From: an uncultured Anaerolineae bacterium
GTDB lineage: Bacteria > Chloroflexota > Anaerolineae > Fen-1058
DNA: 64,000 bases
Reading direction: 5' to 3'
Assembly: GCA_964651475.1 (NCBI GenBank)
Contig: CAZYXV010000019.1
Span: forward strand, 11,837-75,836
How positions within the stretch are numbered: the first letter of the stretch is position 1; every line of letters starts with the position of its first letter. Shown in pieces: positions 1 through 9,800 of this stretch. Under the pieces are notes generated by a model. That model saw only the letters and a list, made by a program, of their open reading frames with translations, was not told the DNA's origin and searched no databases. The position numbers were made by a program, and so were the translations under genes.

Positions 1-671
1 ACATCGTCAATATACCACTCGTCAGCCCAGTCGCCCTCATACCGGAAAGCCAGGCAGACGCGCTGACCTGCGTAGGCGCTCAAGTCAACACTTTTTTCTT
101 CCCAGGTATAGCCTGTGCCAACGCCCAATTCAACCACCTCAGCAAATTGGCCATCGTTAGGGTCGCAACTCCCTGTGGAGGCCCAGATGCCGTGGTATTC
201 ATAATAACTAGCATAGGTTTGATACTGCCAGAAGACGAGCGCGTTACTGACAGTTGGGGTAACAACTGGCATTACCAGCCAGGCGATGGCTGATGTAGCC
301 AAATCGTCATCATTGTGGTAAGCGGAGTGAGTAGGGGAGTGCGCATACGAAGTGTTCCACACCCAACCGGGGTCAGAAGCATCGCCGGTTTCGTAGAGGG
401 CCCAACCGGTCGGTGGGAATGTGCCCTCAAAATCCTCCGGTCCGAAAACATTTGCCAGAATGCCGTTGGGCGATTCGGTTGGCAAAGCTTTTGAAACCGG
501 CGCTGCCGCCTCAGGCTGTTTTTCAGTTTTTGCACCGGGCGCTCGCTCGCTCGTGCCGGTTTCCGTCTTGGCAGGCGGTTGAGGTGGGGCCGCCGCGGCC
601 GGCAATACGAGCAGGCCGGCGAGCAACAGCAAGGTCAAAGCGACAGTCGTAATAGTTGCGATCTTTTTCAT
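1..671 (-). CDS. Secreted protein, 5' part only (C-terminus lies beyond window start); signal peptide plus MAM/'choice-of-anchor'-like beta-sandwich domain
   Basis: Manual reverse-strand translation from ATG at 669-671 gives MKKIATITTVALTLLLLAGLLVLPAAAAP... with no stop to position 1; strong RBS GAGGAGAATC before the ATG; Pro/Ala/Thr linker then ...GQRVCLAFRYEGDWADEWYIDDV typical of MAM-like domains. Not in the ORF track because it runs off the window edge. Confidence 0.5.
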   Translation of the reverse strand, partial: MKKIATITTVALTLLLLAGLLVLPAAAAPPQPPAKTETGTSERAPGAKTEKQPEAAAPVSKALPTESPNGILANVFGPEDFEGTFPPTGWALYETGDASDPGWVWNTSYAHSPTHSAYHNDDDLATSAIAWLVMPVVTPTVSNALVFWQYQTYASYYEYHGIWASTGSCDPNDGQFAEVVELGVGTGYTWEEKSVDLSAYAGQRVCLAFRYEGDWADEWYIDD

Positions 672-691
672 GATTCTCCTCGCTATGTGTG

Positions 692-725
692 TTTGATGTG
701 AGGGGTGACATCATTTCACATCAAA
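692..725. promoter_or_regulatory. Inverted repeat TTTGATGTGA-N14-TCACATCAAA immediately upstream of the secreted-protein start codon (possible operator or 5'-UTR hairpin)
   Basis: Perfect 10-bp arms read directly from the sequence, 20-55 nt upstream of the minus-strand ATG at 671. Confidence 0.3.
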
Positions 726-1207
726 CGTTATGTGTTTAAATAATGCTGATGAGATTAAGATTATGGTTAGGTTAATTAAACAACAAGAGGATTGCACATT
801 CGTTTATTCACGCGACAAACGTATAAGAACCACCTCCTTCCAACAACCTGTTTGGGCCGGCACCCCTATGCCAGTCTCAACAGTCTCCGTATCCGTAGGA
901 GCGCCTTCCCTGTCTAGCGCCAGGCAGGCGCGTTGGTGACCTCCAGGCGCGACCGTCGCGCCCAGCCAGGCCGACAAAGCAATCTCGGTTCTGCAGCGTG
1001 GAGATTGCTTCGACCCTGCGGGTCTCGCAATGACGCCCACACTGCGCAAAAGAGCCAATCGTGAAACTCGAGGCAAGCGATTTTTTGCAAGCGTCCGCGT
1101 CTTGCATGCGCGGTCAAGGCTTGAATTGCCGCACCTGGGAGATAGTCCATTCGAGAGTCAATAGCAGCCCGTAAAGTATAACGGAAAACAGGCCGTTTGG
1201 ATATGGC

Positions 1208-3088
1208 CTATGGATAATTCATGAGCAGCGCCGGGAGATACACGCGCGCCCGCGCCGCAAAGAGCGTGATGTGAGCGGCATTGTTGCCAAGGTTCTGGTC
1301 CGATTTGGCGTCCATGGGCGCGCTGACCTGGATGGTGTACACGCCCGGCGTTGTGATGAGCAGCGTGCTGGTAAGCCTGGCCGACGCGCCCGGATCGAGC
1401 GCAGGCGATGGGATCGTTTGACTCAGGTACAACGTTCCCGCCGCGTAGGTGACGCTGGATTCGACCAGGCCGGGCGAGGCTGGCCAATTCCCCTCGTTGC
1501 TCAACGTGATCGTGATGGTGGCCGTGCTCGGCGCGCCCAGCAAAAACGTGGAAGGGACGCTGGCCGCCAGCGATGCGATGGCCAGGTCGGGCATCCAGCC
1601 AATGCGATAATCCAGGTGCTGGACGGTGCGCCGGGCATGGCTGATGGTCTGGCTGGGGTCGAGATCAAAGGTCAGCGTATACATCAGGCCGGGCGTCAAT
1701 ACCCAGCTGGCGTTTATTTGCGGTTGGGTTCCGCCGTAGCGCGTGAGCACCTGCCCTGCCGTCACGGCGCGGCTGGCATAGAGCTGGCCCGAAGCGTAAT
1801 CGCGCTGCGACAGGCGCGCCGGCACAGCCGGTTCGGAGCGCGTGCCGTGATTATCCACCTGCACCGCCAGCGAGGCGGTGAACGGCGCCGCGCCCCACAA
1901 GGGCATGGACGGCGTGGCCAGCGGCGCGGGGTACACGTCCGCGTAAAGCGTCCAGTTCTGGGCGGAAAGTTGCGCCATCGCCCCGCCGGCCGGCGTGAGC
2001 GATCCGTCAGGATACCCCGACACACCATAAAAAACCAGGTCGCCGCCGTAATAGGAATCGTACAACGAGTACCAGGCCCACAACTGCACCAGCCGGTTGC
2101 CGTCGGCGGGGTAGCCAATCAACTCGTCGGTGGCCGTCATAAAGTGCGTAAAGCAGCCCACCAGGTAATCGTGGCTAACCTGGCGCGTAAAGCGCAGGCC
2201 GTCCATGACGTACGAGCCGTCGTCGGGCACCAATTGCCCAAATTCGGTGATGATGAGAGGCTTGTCGCGCTCGCCGCGCTCGGCCATCCACTGGCGCATG
2301 GCGCGCAGGTTTTGCGCCAAGATGCCCAGGTCCACCATCTGCGCCCAGTTGTAGGTCCACCCCACGCTGCTGCTGGCGTCGGGCGGCACGCCCGCGCCCG
2401 AAAAGCCGGCGCGCTCCTGAAAAGCGTACAGGTGAATGTTCCACACATCCGTCGGCAGGCGCTCGCCGTACAATTGCTCGTAACGGTTCAGCACCTTGTC
2501 CAGGTATTCCAATCGCAGCGGCGAAGGCTGGACGATGGCGCCGATGGCGACCCGCGCCGTGGGATCGTGCGCCTTGATGAAGGTGTAAAACTCGTGATAC
2601 AGTTCGGCGTACAGGTTCGGCATGATGGGGCTGCAATTATAAATCGAATCCGGCTCGTTTCCGATCAGCCACAGCGCGCCGGGATTGGCGCGCAGGTTGT
2701 TGATCAGCGCCGTGCCGGTGATGGACTCTTGCACCTGGCTGCGCGTCGAGGCCGGGATTTTGCTGGTGCTGCAATTATTCGTGTTGACCTTGAAGCTGAT
2801 CGTGCGGGCGTATTCGGCGCCGTCGGGGTGATAGGGAGTGGAGCTGCTCCCCCAATCCACGTACCAACCCACTTTAAGCGCTGGGCTGTATACATAGCTC
2901 GACAGCGGCGGGCGCACGCCCATCCCCATCCGGTCGCTTTCGGAAGGATAAGGCGGGAAGAAAAAATCGCCGCTGGCATACGACTTGTACGCCAGCGCAG
3001 TCTCTTGCTCCGAGGCGCTCGACCACGCGGCGATCAACAACACCGCCAGCGCCGGAAGCACGGCCAGAACCAATCGCTTGAACCTCAT
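1208..3088 (-). CDS. Secreted glycoside hydrolase, GH5-like catalytic core with C-terminal DUF11/CARDB-like Ig domains
   Basis: N-terminal signal peptide (MRFKRLVLAVLPALAVLLIAAWSSA); LIGNEPD (GH5 acid/base NEP motif) and ITEFG (GH5 nucleophile region); C-terminal tail ...RVYLPALLMNYP. Confidence 0.6.
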   Translation of the reverse strand: MRFKRLVLAVLPALAVLLIAAWSSASEQETALAYKSYASGDFFFPPYPSESDRMGMGVRPPLSSYVYSPALKVGWYVDWGSSSTPYHPDGAEYARTISFKVNTNNCSTSKIPASTRSQVQESITGTALINNLRANPGALWLIGNEPDSIYNCSPIMPNLYAELYHEFYTFIKAHDPTARVAIGAIVQPSPLRLEYLDKVLNRYEQLYGERLPTDVWNIHLYAFQERAGFSGAGVPPDASSSVGWTYNWAQMVDLGILAQNLRAMRQWMAERGERDKPLIITEFGQLVPDDGSYVMDGLRFTRQVSHDYLVGCFTHFMTATDELIGYPADGNRLVQLWAWYSLYDSYYGGDLVFYGVSGYPDGSLTPAGGAMAQLSAQNWTLYADVYPAPLATPSMPLWGAAPFTASLAVQVDNHGTRSEPAVPARLSQRDYASGQLYASRAVTAGQVLTRYGGTQPQINASWVLTPGLMYTLTFDLDPSQTISHARRTVQHLDYRIGWMPDLAIASLAASVPSTFLLGAPSTATITITLSNEGNWPASPGLVESSVTYAAGTLYLSQTIPSPALDPGASARLTSTLLITTPGVYTIQVSAPMDAKSDQNLGNNAAHITLFAARARVYLPALLMNYP

Positions 3089-3160
3089 TCTCCTCGTACT
3101 CCTAACTTGTTTTGTAACTGCTCGGCCCGCCGTCCCCGGCGCGGCGAGCGAGGCTGGTAG

Positions 3161-4777
3161 TTACCCTGTTTTGAGCACCAGCGGCAAAAAGACATACCGC
3201 GACGTGTCAATCACGGTCACGTCGGCGACGGCGATAAAGACGCTCGGGCTGACTTGGGAGGTCGCCGTGATCACAGTCCACTCTACCACTCCATCGGCAG
3301 CGTCCGCCGGCGCGGTCAGGCTGAGCTGGACGGTAGCCGTCAGTCCCGCGCCTAACTGCACGGGCAGGCGCAGCGTGCCAGTAGAATAAGCGCCGCCCAA
3401 CAACGTCACCGGCCAGCGCCGCAGCGAAGCCGCCTCCAGGATAAACGTGCCAGACGTGCTGCCCGTGTTGGTGATCACGTGTTGGTACGTCACGGCGCCG
3501 CCGGGCCGCGCCGGCTGGCTGTAGCCGGGCGACAGGTCCACGTCAACCGCCGGCGTGTTCACGATGCGGCTTATCAACAATCCCAGCGCCGCCTCTACCT
3601 CGGCCGAGGTGAAATTGCAATGCCCGTAGCGCGCGCCCGGCGGGAAATTGTCGTGGCGATGTGCCCGCCCCTGCGCGGCTACTTTGGCCTGGTAAAGCGG
3701 CTCGTGCCAATACGGCACAATCTCGTCGAGCGTGGTGTGCAGCGTGACCAGCGGCGCGCGGAGCTGGCCGCTGGTTTGATAATCGGCCTCCAGCGCGTCG
3801 AGCGCGGCCGGGTCGGCGCTGAAACGCTGCGCGCCGGCGTTGAGCGCGTCGTCGTCGGCCGAGCCGGCATACACGCGGGATTGGTTATCGAATGGCTGGC
3901 CGCCCAACTTGGCCACGGCGTCGTTCGTCGCGAAAACATTGTACCACAGCACGGTGCGGATGGTATTCGAGATCGTCTCGGTGTCGGTGGGGACGTAGGC
4001 CGCGCCTGTGACGTTCAAAAGCTGCGTGACGCTGACGGCGTTGGCCGGCTCCAAAATCGCGGGCAAGATTGTCGTCTGGTAGTGCGCATCCCAATTTTCC
4101 CTCAGCGTCTGCGGGATGGAAATGGGGCTGCCCGGCATGAGGCCGGGGAAAAAGTAATCAAAGACGACGCGGAAATCGCCCACGTAATCAATCTGCTTGC
4201 GAAAATCGCCCACCGGCCCGCACGTGGCCAGGCCGCCGTCGAACACACCCGGATATTGCTCCACAGACAGCGCGGTGATCAACCCGCCTTCCGACGCTCC
4301 CACCAGGTAAACGCGCCTGAGCTGTGGATGCAACTGCCTGAAAATATCCACCAGGTCCACCAGGTCGGCCATGCCGGGGCGGATGGCCAGTCCGTTGACG
4401 CTGTAGCTGGTGGTGGCAAACGCCAGCCCCAACAAATTCACCCGGTCGGGGATGGACGTGCCATCGGGCAGCACGAGCTGCTCTTCGGGGATGCGAATGT
4501 CCTCGTCGGGAGACATGTAGCCGTGGGCAAAGACCACCAGGTCATTCCCCCAGATAAAGGGCATGCAGATGCGATACAGCGCGCCGCTGTCTTGCTCCCC
4601 GTCTATGCACGCCATGGGCTGGTCGGGTGAAAGGGGCTCTATCGCCGGTTCCACCGCCGGGTCCACCGCCTCGTCCGCATAAGCAGGGGCCGCCGGCAGC
4701 CACACGGCCAGGCCCAGCAAGGCAAGCGCGCCAGCAAGCCGAATCATCCAAAAAGAACATCGAGTCAATTGAAACAT
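3161..4777 (-). CDS. Secreted alpha/beta-hydrolase (esterase/lipase-like) with C-terminal DUF11-like domain
   Basis: Signal peptide; GXSXG nucleophile elbow in LVGASEGG; C-terminal tail ...RYVFLPLVLKTG. Confidence 0.6.
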   Translation of the reverse strand: MFQLTRCSFWMIRLAGALALLGLAVWLPAAPAYADEAVDPAVEPAIEPLSPDQPMACIDGEQDSGALYRICMPFIWGNDLVVFAHGYMSPDEDIRIPEEQLVLPDGTSIPDRVNLLGLAFATTSYSVNGLAIRPGMADLVDLVDIFRQLHPQLRRVYLVGASEGGLITALSVEQYPGVFDGGLATCGPVGDFRKQIDYVGDFRVVFDYFFPGLMPGSPISIPQTLRENWDAHYQTTILPAILEPANAVSVTQLLNVTGAAYVPTDTETISNTIRTVLWYNVFATNDAVAKLGGQPFDNQSRVYAGSADDDALNAGAQRFSADPAALDALEADYQTSGQLRAPLVTLHTTLDEIVPYWHEPLYQAKVAAQGRAHRHDNFPPGARYGHCNFTSAEVEAALGLLISRIVNTPAVDVDLSPGYSQPARPGGAVTYQHVITNTGSTSGTFILEAASLRRWPVTLLGGAYSTGTLRLPVQLGAGLTATVQLSLTAPADAADGVVEWTVITATSQVSPSVFIAVADVTVIDTSRYVFLPLVLKTG

Positions 4778-4789
4778 CTTGACCTCCCA

Positions 4790-4820
4790 GAAACCGGGTT
4801 TTTCCCAAAAACCCGGTTTC
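4790..4820. repeat. Palindrome GAAACCGGGTTTTT-CCC-AAAAACCCGGTTTC between the S8 protease and hydrolase genes (hairpin/terminator-like)
   Basis: Perfect 14-bp inverted arms seen in sequence; lies 3' of the S8 gene stop on the minus strand. Confidence 0.4.
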
Positions 4821-4835
4821 TATTAACCGTCACCT

Positions 4836-6620
4836 TTACTCATTTCTCACAATGACGGGCAAAAATATCGTGTACGGTCGAGCCGCCACTTGAATACGAG
4901 TCACGCAAGTCGCCGCCTCCACCGGGCGCGCAAAATCATTGTGCGTGAGCGTGGCCGTGACGCTCAAAGACGCGCCGGGCGACACAGTTATACTGGCAAT
5001 CAGCGTAAAAGTCAACTTGCCGCCGCCCTCGATCTCGCCCGACCATTCGTAAGTGGGAAAGGCCAGCGTGCCTTGCGGCGCCCAACTGGCCGAAACGTAA
5101 CCCTGGCGCGCATCGAGCGTGTAGGTGAACCAGCGCGTTTGCGGCAGCGCGCCGTCGTTGTTCAAGATCAAGGTATACGTGATCAGATGCGCGCCGGGCG
5201 CGCTGATCAGGGTGGGCGCGCACGTTGACACAAAAGGGTGTTCGCCGAGCACGGCCCGGTACGCATTGACCCGCCCCCAACCGGTATAGTCATCCACCCC
5301 TGGCTCGCCCACGTCGTCGGCGGCGCCGAGCAAGGTAGAGATTACGTCACTGGCCGCAAGATCGGGCTGGCGCGACCAGACCAGCGCCGCCGCGCCCGAC
5401 ACGTGCGGCGCGGCCATCGAGGTGCCCGATTTGGTAAAGTAATTGCCCCGATACCACGTACTGTAAATATCCGCCCCCGGCGCGGCCATGTCCACCTGCG
5501 GGCCGTAATTGGAAAAAGAAGCGCGCCGGTCTTGCGCGTCGGTAGCGGCCACGGCTAGCACCGGCTCGTAGGCTGCCGGGTAAAACACCGCGCCGCCGGT
5601 GTTGCCCGCAGAGGCTATCACCAGCGCGCCGCGCCCGCGCGCGTAATCCACCGCCGCGCGCAGCGTTTGCGAGTCTTGCAGCCCCCCCAGGCTCAAATTG
5701 ATGATGCGCGCGCCGCTATCGGCGGCGTATACTATGCCGGCGGCAATATCGCTATACCAGCCATCGCCGTATTGATCGAGCACCTTGACCGGCAAAATCC
5801 GCGCGCCCCAGGCAATGCCGGCGATGCCCCGCCCGTTATTCGTGGCCGCGGCGGCGATGCCGGCCACGTGTGTGCCGTGGCCATAGTCGTCGCGCACGTC
5901 GGCGTTTTCGGCCGGCGCGTATCCGCCATTATACCAGGAGTGAAAAAAATGCCAGCCGCGCACGTCATCTATTTTCCCGTTGCCGTCGTCGTCCACCTGG
6001 TTGCCGGGAATTTCGCCCGGATTGGCCCATAGCTTGGCCGCCAGGTCTTCGTGTTCCAGGCAAACGCCGGAATCTATCACGGCGATCACCACATCGGGCG
6101 TCCCAGTCACCACGTTCCACGCGGCGGGCGCGCCGATCCTGGCCGGCCCCCACTGGTTGGCCCAACCCGGATCGTTCGGAATGACGAATGACGAGTGACG
6201 AATGACGCCCGGCAAATGGCGAACGTCAAACGCCAAACGCCGGGCGTCAAATGCCAGGTCACGTCGAATGTCTGTGGAATGAGCGGCATAGTCCAGTTCG
6301 GCCCACGCCACGCGCGGGTCGCCGCGCAGCGCTTCTAGCAGCGCGCACTCCTGGCCGGCCGGCGCGCGCACCGTCCACACGTCCAGCCCCGGCAGCCTGG
6401 ATAGCGCCTGCGCCCCGGCCACTTCGTCGAGGCCGGAGCCGGTATCGCGCAGGCTTGCCAGCACAATGCCCGGCGCATAGCCGCCGGCGCAATCGGGAGC
6501 GGCCGGCAGCTCGCGCGGCGATAGCCCCACAAGGACCAACGCCAGCCCCATCAACGCCATCAACTCGATTGGGCGCAAAAGCCTTCCCTTCGTGTTCTTG
6601 GTGTCCTTTGTGGTTAACAA
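4836..6620 (-). CDS. Secreted subtilisin-like serine protease (peptidase S8) with C-terminal DUF11-like domain
   Basis: Catalytic triad motifs VIAVIDSGV (Asp), HGTHVAGIAAA (His), GTSMAAPHVSGAAAL (Ser); N-terminal hydrophobic signal (real start may be the internal Met of MALMGLALVLVG); C-terminal tail ...PYTIFLPVIVRNE. Confidence 0.85.
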   Translation of the reverse strand: MLTTKDTKNTKGRLLRPIELMALMGLALVLVGLSPRELPAAPDCAGGYAPGIVLASLRDTGSGLDEVAGAQALSRLPGLDVWTVRAPAGQECALLEALRGDPRVAWAELDYAAHSTDIRRDLAFDARRLAFDVRHLPGVIRHSSFVIPNDPGWANQWGPARIGAPAAWNVVTGTPDVVIAVIDSGVCLEHEDLAAKLWANPGEIPGNQVDDDGNGKIDDVRGWHFFHSWYNGGYAPAENADVRDDYGHGTHVAGIAAAATNNGRGIAGIAWGARILPVKVLDQYGDGWYSDIAAGIVYAADSGARIINLSLGGLQDSQTLRAAVDYARGRGALVIASAGNTGGAVFYPAAYEPVLAVAATDAQDRRASFSNYGPQVDMAAPGADIYSTWYRGNYFTKSGTSMAAPHVSGAAALVWSRQPDLAASDVISTLLGAADDVGEPGVDDYTGWGRVNAYRAVLGEHPFVSTCAPTLISAPGAHLITYTLILNNDGALPQTRWFTYTLDARQGYVSASWAPQGTLAFPTYEWSGEIEGGGKLTFTLIASITVSPGASLSVTATLTHNDFARPVEAATCVTRIQVAARPYTIFLPVIVRNE

Positions 6621-6660
6621 GATACCTGCCTGAATAGTTACTCGTACTCTTTATTGAAAA

Positions 6661-6777
6661 GGGTGTGACCAAAATCGGTGGGTCGCCTACGTAGGGGCAG
6701 GGCTTGCCCCTGCCCAATGCGGGCAACCGCAAGGGTTGCCCCTACGCCTCAACCAGAATTGGTCACACCCTATTGAA
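6661..6777. repeat. Nested palindromic REP-like element with GCAA tetraloop hairpins
   Basis: Outer inverted repeat GGGTGTGACCAA...TTGGTCACACCC, inner CGTAGGGGCA...TGCCCCTACG, and hairpins GGGGCAGGGCttGCCCCTGCCC and GGGCAACCgcaaGGGTTGCCC; a related copy in inverted orientation at 11555-11615. Confidence 0.5.
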
Positions 6778-6890
6778 AAAGCCACCGGGGTTGCCCCCAG
6801 TGGCTTTTCCGTTGTCAGGGAACCTGCCGGGTCTAGCAGGTCGTCAGAGCGGGCTGGCATTGGGATGCCAGCCTGCTCTCCGACAGGCTG

Positions 6891-9800
6891 CTAGTTGTTC
6901 TTCATAATGATGGGCAGGTAGATCATGTAACCCGTCGGGGTGACCTCTTCCACCCACGTCTCGGTCATGTCGGTGTTATCGGTGAAATCCATGTCCCAGT
7001 CGCTTGTAGTGATTTCGATATGGTTGGTTACCGTCATGCCAGAGACGGTGATGGTGATTGGCACGTACACCGTGAACACGTCACCCACATCCAACGTGCC
7101 AGAAATGGGCCACGCGTGCTGCCAAACAGCAGTGCCGCTCGCCACGACCGTGTCGGTGATCATCACGTCGTGGGCGGGCGCGTAACCATTGTTGCCATAG
7201 TTGACGGTAAAGGTCACAACGTCGCCCAGTTCGGCTGTGGCGGGACCTGACTTGGTTACCCACACGTCAGGGTGTAGCCCAACGTACGTGACCAACTCGT
7301 CAGTGGTCCGACCCATAGCGGCATCCTCGTGCGCAAAGTGGGTAATGAGGGCCACAGGCGGGTCACCCAGTCCAACCGTGACGCTGGCCACCAGTGTGTA
7401 CATCACCCCACCCGGAGGCACGTCGCCTTCCCACTCGAGTATGGGCAGGTGCGCCGTGCCGCCCGTCCAGTCGTGCGAAACGTAGGTCAGGGCCGGGTCG
7501 AGCGTGAACGAGAAATAGTGTGTCTGGGTCAATGCGCCAGCATTCATCAAATCCAACGTATAGGTGATCATGTGCGTGCCTGGCATGCTGATGTTAAGAG
7601 GCGTCACACTAACCTCGTACAGCCCCGGGTTAGACACGTGCACCAAGGCCCAGGTGTGATCGGCGCCTTCTTCGAGCAACTCGACGTGCCAGCCGTACTG
7701 GACGCCATAGTCGCCCGGATTGCCGGTGCCGCCATAGTAGCCCAGACCCGTGTTCGCGTTATACCAGTAGCAGCCCAAGCGTCCGGTGTTAGTGGAGGCG
7801 CAATCGAAGCGGAACTCGCTATCTGGGCTATTGCTGACTCCATCGTATCCGGGCGCGTTGAGCGGGTAGGACGCTTTGGCCGGAATGACCACGCTGGCGT
7901 CCCACTGCTTGGTGACCCACTTGTAAGAAGGCGGGACATAGCCCGGGCCGCGGCTGACGTACTCTGCGCCGGGATAGTAACCCAGCGCGTCGTTAAACTC
8001 GCTCACCGCAGGCCGCCCCTCAAAGTGGTTCGTAAAGAGTGTGGTCGTGAAGGGGAACGCATAGACTGTTGTATAGGTAAAGTCTACGGTATCTTGCAGC
8101 GTGAACGGCGCGTCGCGCATCTGCCCGCGCGAGGTCACGTTGCCGCCCTCGTTATCGTAACCGGCGGCGACCATGTCCGGCTCGCGGTATGGCTCGGGGT
8201 GCGCGTCAACCACCAGCGTGTTGCCCTTGGGGCCCCAGCTCGGCCACTCGGCCAGGTAGTTAAAGATTTCGGTGTCGCTCTTGCTGTTGTTGTTGTACCA
8301 CACCAGCATGCCGGTGTTGGCCGGGCCAAAGCGCCAGCGATCCTCGCCCAGCGCGCTGTCGTAGCCGCCGTTTTCGTTCACGTTGCGCCACTGGACATAA
8401 TAGTTGTGAGTAAAGCCAGTTGTGCCGTCGCTGCGAACCCATGGATCAGCATAAACCCAGTTGGCGTCGCCCGCCTCGGCGTTGTCGGCAAAAATTGTCG
8501 TCGCGCCATCCATCACGGCTACGTTATCCACAAACGCGCCCGTGTAGGTAGTGGCCCAGTCGGTCATGAACCAAAAGCGCAGCAAGATGTTTTGGCCGGC
8601 GTAGGCGGCCAGGTCAAACGTCTGCGCTTCAGGATCGGGCCAGTTAGCATTGTAGCCGTAAAAGCCTCCCAGGCCGGCGCCGCACAAGTCATCCGGGAAG
8701 CCATAGTTCCCGCCGATCCAGCCCGGATCGTGGTCGCATTGGGTATTGGCGTTGGTGAGCGTGTCCCACGTGGTTCCGCCATCGTCCGACGCCTGAATCC
8801 ACAAGAAATCCCACTCGTCTTCAATCTCATAGACCAGGTCAAAGGACAGCGTGGCGCCGCCAGCGGGAATGGCGATGGGATTGGCCGTCGTCATCATGGC
8901 ATTCGCCTGGTCCAACTTGCCGCCCCACCAGTAATAGTCGCCCTGCCAAACCGGCACGGCCATGGGAATGACCGCATCGGGCAACTCGATCTTGGCGCCG
9001 CGATAGGTGCGGGACGGGTCGGGCGAGGTGTTGGTAGAATAGTAGCTGGCCTGCCCCAGATAGAACGTGTACTCTCGGGTCGTGTCTGTGATGACGAGCG
9101 GTTCGAGCCAGCCCCACAGATCCAGATGCGTGGGATCAACCGCCGGCGGCTCAAAGCCGATGGGGAAGCCCGTCCAGTCATCGGACATCAACGACCAAAA
9201 GCCGGTCGAGGTTTGGCCTTCGCCGTAAGCGTACAGATCCCACGCGCCCAGGTTATGGCCATATTCGTGCGCGAACACGCCAATGCCGCCGTTTTCGGGC
9301 ATCATGATGTATGGGCCGGCGGCCACGTCTTGCGTCACCGAGTAAGGCGGGGTGACGGCCGACGAGTGCGACCAGACCGCCGCTTCGCCGTAGAACGCTT
9401 CAGGCACGGGCGTGGTGCGGGTAGGATCGTCGGGATCGGTTGGGTCGCGGTTCAACAGCGCGGTGCCGTCTTCCTCCCCATAACCGGCGTGGACGATCCA
9501 CAGGCGGTTAATGATGCCGTCGCCGTCCAGGTCATAGTTGGCCCAGCTAAAGTTGGGGATAGTATTGCTGATGGCATTGACGGCATCCAAGGCATCCCGA
9601 ACCAGAGTTTTGGTTGAGCCTGCATTGGGCATGTCGCCGTCGGCTCCCGCGCCGCTGCTCAAGCCTGAGCGATTGCCAGGGCAGCTATCAGCGCCGTACC
9701 ACCAGGTCGAGTGCGGCACTTTCAACCAGCCGATCACATCGCCGGTGATGGTATATACGCCGCTCGACAGGTCGCTATAGTAATCGGTCACCGATTGGCC

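Noticed and set aside
1271-3160. Long antisense ORFs (e.g. 1271..3160+, 7329..9617+, 12883..14718-, 23657..24697-, 27518..28459-, 43865..45157+, 49476..50546+, 52100..53272+, 60840..62006+)
   Set aside because: They overlap, on the opposite strand, genes with clear catalytic motifs. Their translations are Arg/Gly/Ala/Pro-rich low-complexity, as expected from the stop-codon-poor reverse strand of high-GC coding DNA.
6704-6907. Track ORFs 6704..6907(+) and 6259..6732(-) spanning the REP-like element
   Set aside because: They overlap palindromic non-coding DNA and the upstream S8 gene on the other strand, with no RBS or motifs.
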